This document shows, one piece after another, positions 1-9,465 of a stretch of 64,000 nt of DNA (the first letter of the stretch is position 1; each line of letters begins with the position of its first letter). The notes beneath the pieces were generated by a model. The model was not told where the DNA came from. It searched no databases and saw only the letters and a program-made list of their open reading frames with translations. The stretch comes from Nemertoderma westbladi (taxonomy: Eukaryota > Animalia > Xenacoelomorpha). The stretch lies in the NCBI GenBank assembly GCA_032718475.1, contig JAUCBJ010001497.1:1-64000 (forward strand), in the 5' to 3' direction. Made by a program: the position numbers and the translations under genes.

Positions 1-3000
1 TGCGGGAGAAATAGTTTCAGTTTGTGAATGTTTGGGGATATCGTTTGAAAGGTTGGAAGTTTCAGTGTCATCCGGTGATACGTAAGGACGGAGAAAACGG
101 CGGTTGCGCCACCATACACGACCTGATGCCAGTTTAACCCGGTAATCTCGTCGAGTACCAACGCCCACAATTATTCCAACATTGGACCAGCGCCTGGTCC
201 GTGGATCCTGAATCCATACACGAGTACCAACTTTAATTGGTCGGAGATCGCGAGCAGAATGGTTGTAGATATCCTTATTGTAGTCACGAAGATCGGCGGC
301 ACGTTTATCAGCAATATCAGCTTGATCCAGCCAACATTGATTGTATCGGTTGTGGTGTGCCGGGATGCGAGATCGTAATAGGCGACCGAAAACGATCTCG
401 TTAGGTGATCGTCCATCAGCTTTCGGGGTATTGCGGAGTTCCAGCAGTCCATCCTGGAACTCTTCAGAATTGGTATCGTGGCGGGGAACCTTTGATGCGA
501 GGTGTTTAAGGGATTTAACTGCAGCTTCTGCATGTCCATTACTGGACGGGAAGTATGGGGTGCTGGGTCTCCATTCAACTCCCCATCGCTTCAGGAATGC
601 ACGGAATGAGGCTGCATTGAATTGAGGTCCACCATCTGACCTCAAGAGAACAGGGACTCCTAGGTCTACAAACCACTGTCTTAAAATATATGCAACTTCC
701 TTTGAAGTTGGGTCATACCGCCACTCATGAATATCTGGGTAGCCAGAAAGTCGGTCGACGTAAACAAGGTAGTGTTTACTACCAATTGCAAAAAGGTCTG
801 TAGATACAGATTGGAATGGATGGTTTGGAATTTCATCAGATTGTAGTGTCTCTTTCGCGAGACTGGGTCGCAATTCCTGGCAAGCAAGGCATTTATTAAT
901 CATAAGTTCAATATCACGTGATATTCCAGGCCAGTATACAGTCTGGCGGGCGCGCTGCTTGGTACGGGTGATACCCTGATGGGATGTATGCAGTCGACGT
1001 AATATTTCGGGCTGTTGGGATTGTGGGATAATAATCCTATCCCGGTAAAGGATTAGTCCATCGGCTAATGAAAGTTCACCGCGAATCGATGTGAACTTTT
1101 TTAAAAATGGAGGTAGCTCTCGGATATCCTTAAAATCATTTTGGATTAATTCGATGAGTTTCTTGTAGTTCGAATCATCCTGTGCTGCTACACGCAGTTC
1201 CTCGAGGATGGGATCATTGATTCGGGGTGTTGTTTCCTCGATTTTAGCACACGCAGCAGCGATATTAAAGTTACAGCCATCGAAATCGTCCTCCTCTGGG
1301 GAAGGGTCGTCAACTGGTGAACGGCTAAGGCAGTCGGCTATTCTATGGGATTTTCCTTTTTGCCATTCGACTTTGAATTGGTAACAGGATTGCAGATCAC
1401 TTTTGATCCGCTGAATTTTTGTGTTTTCGACCTGATCAACTGAGTAGTTATTAAATAGTGTGACTAAAGGCCTGTGATCTGTCACAACTGTGAATAAAGG
1501 AAGGCCCAATAAGTATATGCGGCATTTCTGGATTGCATATCGGATCGCGCAGCACTCCAGTTCTATTGTGGCATAGCGCGTTTCTGCATCTGACAGGAAA
1601 CGGCTACCGCAACATATTAAATTCCAATGATCTCCATGCCGCTGTAGAAGATCGAAACCGAAACCATGCAGACGGCTAGCGTCTGTTTCCAGCTTGGTCT
1701 CTGCCTGTAGATTAAATGGTGCAAGGATTGGCGGTTGCACCAATGCATTTTTCACCTTCAGGAATGCATCTTGGTGGTTGGGGGTCCACATGAAAGTATT
1801 ACGGGTGCGCAATAAGTCCCGGAGAGGTGCTGCATATGTGCTTATTTCGCTGGAAAAATGGCCTAACTGGTTCACAAGGCCCATAAAGCTGCGAAGATCC
1901 GGAATATTGAGAGGGGTTGGATAGCCAGCTATTGCTTTGAGTTTATTAGGGTCTGCTTCGGTTCCTGCACCAGACACAATAAACCCGGCGAATTTTACAC
2001 AGGGTTGGGCGAATTGCCATTTTGAGGGATGTAATGTAATCCCTGCCTCGCGGCATTTCTGAAGGATAGTCCGGACCCGCTGGATGTGGTCTGTGAGGTT
2101 AGTGTCCTGGATGAGTATATCATCCACCACTTTATGTACCTGTGGCACCCCTTGGAGTGCCATGTCTCCACGGTAGTTATAGCTATCGCCTGTAGATATG
2201 AACCCCATTGGAGCCCGTCGATATCTAAAACGTCCCCATGGAGTGATGAAAGTCGTATAATCCCGAGAGGATTCCGCAAGTTCCACCTGCCAGTACCCCT
2301 TCCTGGCGTCTAGAACTGTAAATATTTGCGCCCCCGGTGTTCGATCAGATACTACGTCATATGGAGTGCGGGAATTGTGAGTAGTTCGGTGGACCTGGGA
2401 ATTCAATTTAGTGAGGTCCACAGTCATGCGAATTTCTCCTGGGGAATTCGGCTTTGGGCAAACCACAATCGGGTGGCACCATAAAGTAGGGCGATCCCCT
2501 ACCCGTTCTATAATTCCCTGCGTCTCCATGGCGATGATTTCCAATCGGGCTTTCTCCCTGTAGGGGAAAGGTATAGACCGCGCTGCATGGATACAAAATG
2601 GTTGGGCATTGTCCCTCAACTCAATCTCCATGGGAGGCCCGGTCATTGTCCGTAATGGACCACCACTAGCAAAAACATCCTGGAATTCCACCAGAAGTTC
2701 TTGTTTAATATTTTTTACATTGGTATCATTATGATCTACAGGTACAGCTGAGATTAAATTTGGGATATTATTTATTGGTTTTGGAATAACAGTATATTCT
2801 ATAGGTACAGCTGATATTATGTTCGGGATTTTATTTGGGGATTTTGAGGGATTACAAGGGATTACATTTATAGAAGTTTCTCTCCACCCACTTACCAGAT
2901 GAAGAGGGGTGGGAAATTCTGGGTGAACAATCCCAAGCCCCTTACAGGCAGGGAGAGATAAGTATATATCTTTGAAAAGGTCTGGACAAAGATAAATCCA

Positions 3001-4131
3001 ATCCCCATGGGTTTCATTCCCAACCGATAATTCCATATAAATCATCCCTTCACAAGATATAGTTCCGCCATTGGCATTTAACAATGGGCAGTCTGGGGGC
3101 ACAATTTTACCCCCTTCACCCTCAGGCAGGGCCCATTCGTATAGAATGTCTGAGCCCGCAGCAATAACTTGAGCCCCCGTGTCAGCAATACACGTAGTGT
3201 TTCCAACGTATTCCCCCTCCAAATAAAAATCAATGGGAACCAGCGGTTTCCGGTGTGTGGCTGTGTACCCATGGATATCCGCTATGCGGATTACACTAGT
3301 GTTTTGCGGACGTTTTTTGTATTTTGCCGCGACGCATTGTGATGCGTAATGTCCTTTTATATTACAATTACGGCAAGTTTTATCGGCCGCTTTGCAATAA
3401 TCACCGCCTCTATGTGGAAAATTCCCACCACAGTATATACATTCACCCTTTGCTTTGGCTTTAGCCATTGCATCCCGAATTCGAGCGGCTGAAGGAGATC
3501 GGGTTTGGATTTCTTCCTTAGAACGTTTATAACCGCTCTTATATCGCGACTTCGACTTACTCCTTCCTTGTCGGTTGTCTGTGGTACCGGTAGGTTGCTG
3601 TATTCCGCTAATACGGCGTTGTTTAAGGAGTTGAGTGTCACGAATTGCAATCTCGCGGGATCGACAAAAGTCGACAGTTTCTTGGCGATTCATTGGCGGA
3701 CGTTTAGAGAATAATTCTTCCCGGGTTTCATCGTCCCGAATTCCTTGGATCAGAAGGGTGTTTAACCAGTCGTCCCTGTTCATTGATTCAAGCTCGGCGT
3801 CCTCGGCCATCTCGCAGAGGCGAACGTAATAATCGTCAAAATTCTGACCCTGTTCTTGCTGTAGTTGAACCAGTTTATGGCGATCCACAACTACATTCTG
3901 CTCGGCGCGAAGATAAACCCGTATATCTTCCAGGACTTCCGACGCCGATTTTTCCGTTTCGGTGGATATTCCGAGTCTATAACGGATATGGTTGAGGAAT
4001 TCTGGGGAACAGTAAGAGAAAAACACAGATATCTGTTCTTCCCGTGGTTTTTCGTCGAGTCTAACGGCACGAACGTAGTTACGCCACTGTACTTCCCAGC
4101 GTTTAAAACGCTGATAATTAAAGTCTATATC
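1..4131 (-). mobile_element. Decayed Ty3/Gypsy LTR retrotransposon internal region (gag-pol), Mag-like; gag N-terminus truncated at 4131; runs off the window start
   Basis: Minus-strand translation across frameshifts gives gag zinc knuckles (CIYCGG..H..C and CRNCNIKGHYASQC, ~3330-3440), RT (RAPMGF, VVDDIL, ~2120-2220), RNase H (ETDASRLHGFG, YATIELEC, VTDHRPL, IADCLSR, ~1320-1700) and integrase (YLVYVDRLSG, GVPVLLRSDGGPQF, ~620-770). The order RT-RH-INT is the Gypsy order. Confidence 0.92.
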
Positions 4132-4732
4132 TGAAAGAAGAATAATCTATTGCAAGACCAGATGTTTATTATAATTTTCTTAGGCGATTTGACAATGGTT
4201 TACATGATAACGAATGATAATTTAAATAATTTAAACTTTGTGGCAGCCCAACGTTGGTATACAGTATAACTCAACATAGGATTCAATGGTGGGGTTAGTC
4301 ATGCTACGTCTAATAAGAGCACAAACAGCCACAGATTATTTAGGGATTGAGCTAGGACCAAACTGGCCCACTTTATTTTCTTGAAAGGGTAATTTATGTT
4401 TTGGACCCCGTTCGCATCTTTATATTTCATTCTATCATGCTATTGTATGGCAAAAATAATACAAATGTACTGTATATTGTATTATTGTTCCTATTGTATT
4501 GTATATTTCATTTGCTGTAGTACAATCTATTCATCTCGCGTCCCTATCTGATTGATTTGTGTCAAATTAAATTGCCTTTGGCAACATTATTTGATACAAA
4601 TCGATTGATTAAACAATTAATTAATTGTTTAATCGACCAATTAATTAATTGTTTAATTAATTAATGACCTACTTAACACCCAAGGTGTGAAGTTGGTCTA
4701 ACTGTCGCCGAGGATGGCAAACCATTACTACT
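4132..4732 (-). mobile_element. ~600-bp non-coding dispersed repeat with internal palindromes (second locus at 51631-52614)
   Basis: Near-identical reverse-complement match to 52078-52614, with shared ends AGTAGTAATGG...TTCTTCTTTCA. It sits between the truncated Gypsy gag and a truncated LINE. Confidence 0.8.
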
Positions 4733-5303
4733 TGTAAGTATAGTGAAATTGGTAGAATGTTCAACTTTATTAGTCTTTCTTTATATCTGTTTTCATCATT
4801 TCCTAAAATCCATATTGAAGATCTGCGCTGAATGGATTCTACTCGATGGGCATCTGTCTTGTTAGCAAACCAGCAGGGTGATCCATAACATATAACAGGC
4901 AAAACCATGGACTTATTTATATTATATTTATATTTTATTTATATTTTATTCTAAGTTTAGTTTAGATTGGATTGGTAATTGAGCTGAACAGTTTCTTTTG
5001 ATGAGGAAGAGTGTACGATTTGCTTTGCTGCATTTGTCATTGATGTGAGCCGTCCATGCAGGACATTGCTTTCGCCGTGAGGACCAGCCAGTGCATAATC
5101 TTGTACTTTGGCAGCCTCATGGAGTGAATAAGCATGGTGGACAGCCCATGACTTTCTTGAGACGCATCTTAAAGGACACTGGCCTTAAAGATGCGGATGA
5201 TCTAGCAAATGTCATGGGTGATAGGGAGTTGTGGCGGTGCAATTTTGTTGACAAGCCGGCACAGCATTCTTAAAAATGCAGCTGCAATGCAGCATGCCGA
5301 TCC

Positions 5304-5339
<36 letters not shown>

Positions 5340-6347
5340 AGCCGTCCAAGATAGGTTAGATGCTATTGTAATCCCCAAGTCTTTCTCTGTATCTACCTCT
5401 GTAGATCTCTGTATCTGTATCTTATTTTTCTTGAATATATAGTACGCTCTTCGATGTCGTCCTTAAAAACAATTTGCTTGCATTTCCGTTCGTTAAATTC
5501 TAGTCCAGCTTCTAATCCCCAAATCACAAGGTTGTCGATGTCTAGTTGTGTATTAGAAACGCTGTTTGATGCCGAGATAGATAGTAATTTACAATCGTCA
5601 GCGAGTAGAAAAGGAATGCTAACATTGCAAACCTCTGGCAAGAAAGAGTAGAGGCCCCAATAGGGAACCATGCGCCATCCCACTGTCTACTCGTCTCGCA
5701 GACGACGTGGCATTTCCAACTTTGACAGACTGTGTCCGTCCTGACAGATAGCTACGAATAATGTACCATAGATTCCCTCGCACACTGATTATCCATAATT
5801 TCCTGAGAACCGATTCGTGGCTGACAGAATCAAATGCCTTTTGGATGTCCAGATAAATTGTCTCTACAGCTAATTGCCCGTCATCTGTACCCTTGTACAC
5901 ATTGTCCAGGAATATCAGCAGTTGGGTTATTGTAGACCGGGATTTCCTGAAGCCATGTTGGGCATTTTGTAATCGCTCACGCACTTGCTCATATATAGCT
6001 ACAAAAATACAACGTTCAAAGACCTTTCCTGGAATTGCCAGAAGAGAGATTGGATGATATAGGATTACCTCGACCTTGCTTCCATTTTTGTGTTGAGGAC
6101 CAACAATTGCATGTTTCCATACTTTGGGAAAATGGTTTGATGCTTTTAGGATATCAAATAATGATGACAATGAGGGGGCCAACACAGTTGCTAACGATTT
6201 GAATAATGCAGGGGGGATATTATCAGGATCACGAGATTTTGTCGCGTCTAAGGACGATAATACCTTCTCAACTGTCTCAACTGATGTACCATAATCGTCT
6301 GTGGTTTCCATGTTAACAGGTTCAGTATAGTCGTGTGTTATATACAA
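4733..6347 (-). mobile_element. CR1/L2-group LINE RT fragment (pseudogenised), interrupted by an RTE insertion
   Basis: ORFs 5619-6347 (KSRDPDNIP, QHGFRKSRST, YLDIQKAFDSV), 5393-5683 (LADDCKL) and 4669-4908 (CYGSPCW..YKERLIKLNILP). The reading continues across the RTE insert as LSWTAHINDKCSKANR. Confidence 0.88.
5057..5338 (+). mobile_element. 5'-truncated RTE-clade LINE 3' end with (AGT)n tail
   Basis: Matches the 3' end of the copies at 7270-8437 and 27318-28557. Target-site duplication GAGCCGTCCA at 5047-5056 and 5339-5348. Confidence 0.92.
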
Positions 6348-6454
6348 AGTGAACTTGGAGTTTAAAGGGTCAGGGAAATGTCAAGGTAAAGTGAGGAAAA
6401 CTGAACTAGGGGTGCGACCCTGAAAAGCATGAATAGAAAATAACAGGAAATGGT

Positions 6455-6775
6455 GTAACGGATATGCGGTTCTTATATAAATCTAAAAGCCACACAAAGT
6501 AGGAGGGTCGTTTGTGAAGATTCGACCACACCGACCTAGGCGTTACGCCATTAGTACATAGAAAGTGGTTCCGATATACGGTTTTACGTAAATCTAAAAA
6601 CACAACACAACGTGGGAGGATTCTTTGTGAAGATTCTACCACACCGACGTAGGCGTTACACCATTAGTACATAGAAAGTGGTTCCGATATCCGGTTTTAT
6701 GTAAATCTAAAAAAACAACACAACGTGGGAGGATCCTTTGTAATGATTCTCCCACATCCACGTTGTGTAGGCATT
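6455..6775. repeat. Degenerate tandem repeat, ~110-120-bp unit, ~2.5 copies
   Basis: Recurring ...GTAAATCTAAAA..CAACGTGGGAGGAT..GAAGATTC..CCACACCGAC..CCATTAGTACATAGAAAGTGGTTCCGATAT. Confidence 0.75.
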
Positions 6776-6789
6776 ACAACATGGTAGCA

Positions 6790-7195
6790 CAAACTTAGTT
6801 CCAATCGCACATTTTCAAATGCGAACTTAGTTCCAATTGAAACGAATTTAGTTCCAAAATAAATTTTACAAAGCGAATTTAGTTCCAATCGAGGCGAACT
6901 TAGTTCCAATCCCAGAATATAAAAACGAACTTAGTTCCAATGGATGCGAATTTAGTTCCAATGCATGCGAATTTAGTTCCAATGCATGCGAATTTAGTTC
7001 CAATGCATGCGAATTTAGTTCCAATGAAAGCGAATTTAGTTCCAATGCATGCGAATTTAGTTCCAATGCATGCGAATTTAGTTCCAATGCATGCGAATTT
7101 AGTTCCAATGAAAGCGAATTTAGTTCCAATGCAAGCGAATTTAGTTCCAATGGAAGCGAATTTAGTTCCAATGGGTACGAACTTAGTTCCAATGT
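6790..7195 (-). repeat. 21-bp minisatellite (ATTGGAACTAAATTCGCATGC-type), reverse orientation
   Basis: Tandem GCGAATTTAGTTCCAATGCAT units; these explain the spurious LELNSHA/ANLVPM ORFs. Confidence 0.95.
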
Positions 7196-7269
7196 TTCAA
7201 TCATGGGGTTAGCCACGTAGTAGGCGAAGCCTATTGCGTATTGCCACTATTTGGGGTGGGTCAGGGTCA

Positions 7270-8437
7270 GGCATCTGGCTGTTATCTTTGTTGACTTCTT
7301 CAAGGCCTTTGATTCAGTCTCTCGCTCACGTATGTTCAGCATACTTTCATTATATGGGATTCCTGATGAAATTATTGCAGCAATAAGATCAGTATACGAT
7401 GGTTCGACAACATTTGTGTCTACTGTTGACGGTGACACAGAACCATTTGAAGTGTTATGGGGCGTCCTCCAAGGAGACACACTTGCACCATTCTTGTTCA
7501 TTATTGTGGTTGACTATGTTCTACGCATGTCCTTAGATCATCATAATGATGATGGGGTGATGATAACTCCACCTACTGGCTCCAGAAGTCGAGGAAATCC
7601 TGCCAAGTACCTAACTGATCTAGACTTTGCTGATGACTTAGGAGTACTCTCGGAATCACTAGAGGGAGCCCAACGGCTCCTCAGCTCATTAGAACATGCT
7701 GCTTCTAGTGTTGGTCTTTTTATTAACTCCAGAAAGACCACAATTTTGACAGTTAACTTTGAAAGTCCTCAGCAAGTCTCTGATCGGATGAGCATAAGCT
7801 CAAAGGATGGTATGCTTGAGCATGTGGACGACTTCTGTTACCTGGGATCATGGATCCGGAAGTCAGGTGAGGATACGTAAGGGAAAGGCATGGGCAGCCT
7901 TGAATAGGCTTTCCAGGATTTGGAAGTCACCGAGAATTAATCGGAAACTTAAGGTCCGATTATTTAGAGCAGCAGTAGTTCCAGTACTCCTCTACGGGAG
8001 TCCATGCTGGGCTCTAACTGCTGAGGACACCAAATCTCTGGATGGCACATTCACAAGAATGCTACGCCGGGTTCATTGTGTCAAGTACAATGCACACATC
8101 TCCAACCAGACACTATATAACATTGGAGGTGTCTCATTGGTTCCCCCAAGCTTGACACTAGAACAAAATCGCCTCCGCTTTGCAGGACATTGCTTTCGCC
8201 GTGAGGACCAGCCAGTGCATAATCTTGTACTTTGGCAGCCTCATGGAGTGAATAAGCATGGTGGACAGCCCATGACTTTCTTGAGACGCATCTTAAAGGA
8301 CACTGGCCTTGAAGATGCGGATGATCTAGCAAATGTCATGGGCGATAGGGAGTTGTGGCGGTGCAATTTTGTTGACAAGCCGGCACAGCATTCTTAAAAA
8401 TGCAGCTGCAATGCAGCATGCCGATCCTAGTAGTAGT
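7270..8437 (+). mobile_element. 5'-truncated RTE-clade LINE (RT domain), frameshifted
   Basis: FVDFFKAFDSV, GVLQGDTLAPFLF, LDFADDL, RLRFAGHC; (TAG)n tail; short TSD AGGGTCA (7263-7269 / 8438-8444); 8-bp deletion near 7873 relative to the 27.3-kb copy. Confidence 0.92.
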
Positions 8438-9359
8438 AGGGTCAACAATAATTGCAATAAATTGTAAAATCCTTCCGTCATATTTAAAAAACGAAGTATT
8501 ATTAATGAATTAAATGTATAATTACACATTTTGAAATATATATTAATCACGAGTATACTGATACTGACTGACTGAGTCTGTAGTATTATATACTCAAGTC
8601 ATGCACATTGTGCCATTTTCACAGCAAATACAATATTTACCAGTTGTTTGGGTTAGGAGGTTGGGCGTTGTTTTTTACAATGAATATGATTTTAAATGAT
8701 TAAATATAAATGAATTTAATTGAATTGTTTGGGTTAAGGGGTTGGGCGTAGTTTGGGGTAAGATTGTTTTGGTTAGGAGGTTGGGCGTTTTGGGTTAGTT
8801 ATTTACAATTATTATTTAATCATCCACCTAATAGTGTCCTTAAACATTCTTCGCCAACTACGTGGCTCGCCCCACACCTGAAACATTGGAACTAAATTCG
8901 CTTCCATTGGAACTAAATTCGCTTGCATTGGAACTAAATTCGCATCAATTGGAACTAAATTCGCATCCATTGGAACTAAATTCGCTTGCATTGGAACTAA
9001 TTATAAATGAATTGTTGTGGGGTGGGTGACGGCGAATAAATATATATGTTATAGTACATTATGATAATGCTCTCCATAGCGAAAAATATCAACCGCCCCT
9101 ATTGGGGCTCGAACCCGGTACCTAGGTTTCAAACGGTTTATTCGCCGTCACCCACCCCACAACAATTCATTTATAATTAATTAACACGTATGGCCGGCAT
9201 ACGGGGTTACAGTGGTTTCTACAACACTGTATAATAGTTATTCTTTGAGGCATGGTTGCCATTTCTGGCAGAGCACGGGAATAACGTTGTACTTTACTAT
9301 GAGTGACGTAAAAAGGCCTAAAAATGATACCCCACTCCATAGCGAATAAATCTTCTACC

Positions 9360-9465
9360 GCCCTGGTAGCTCAGTGGTCTTAGGACACACACTCGGCTGA
9401 TGATAACCGGAAGTTTGAAACCTAGGTACCGGGTTCGAGCCCCAATAGGGGCGGTTGATATTTTT
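9360..9465 (+). promoter_or_regulatory. tRNA-like internal Pol III promoter (A box, B box) and T-run, repeated in each 370-bp unit
   Basis: GCCCTGG-TAGCTCAGTGG (A box 9367-9377), GGTTCGAGCCC (B box 9432-9442), acceptor-like pairing CCGCCCT/GGGGCGG, and TTTTT at 9461-9465. Confidence 0.8.
9391..9434 (+). ncRNA. Putative type I hammerhead ribozyme (first of five copies)
   Basis: Stem I ACUCGG/CCGGGU; core CUGAUGA (9397-9403); stem II AAC-CGGAA-GUU; GAAA (9417-9420); palindromic stem III ACCUAGGU; GUA cleavage triplet ending at 9428. The base of stem II is U.U rather than the usual G-C. Confidence 0.8.

Noticed and set aside
4081-4732. 5' LTR and PBS (TGGCG) of the Gypsy element
   Set aside because: The apparent PBS lies within gag coding sequence (QRFKRWEVQWRNYV), which continues to 4131. 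The adjacent repeat truncates gag rather than preceding it.
8640-8800. Telomeric repeat remnant (GGGTTAGG)
   Set aside because: Only isolated motifs within three degenerate copies of a short repeat; no TTAGG or TTAGGG run.
9360-9455. Functional tRNA gene cluster
   Set aside because: A and B boxes are present, but there is no anticodon arm and the acceptor and T stems are imperfect. The middle is a hammerhead motif and the units are 370-bp tandem repeats.
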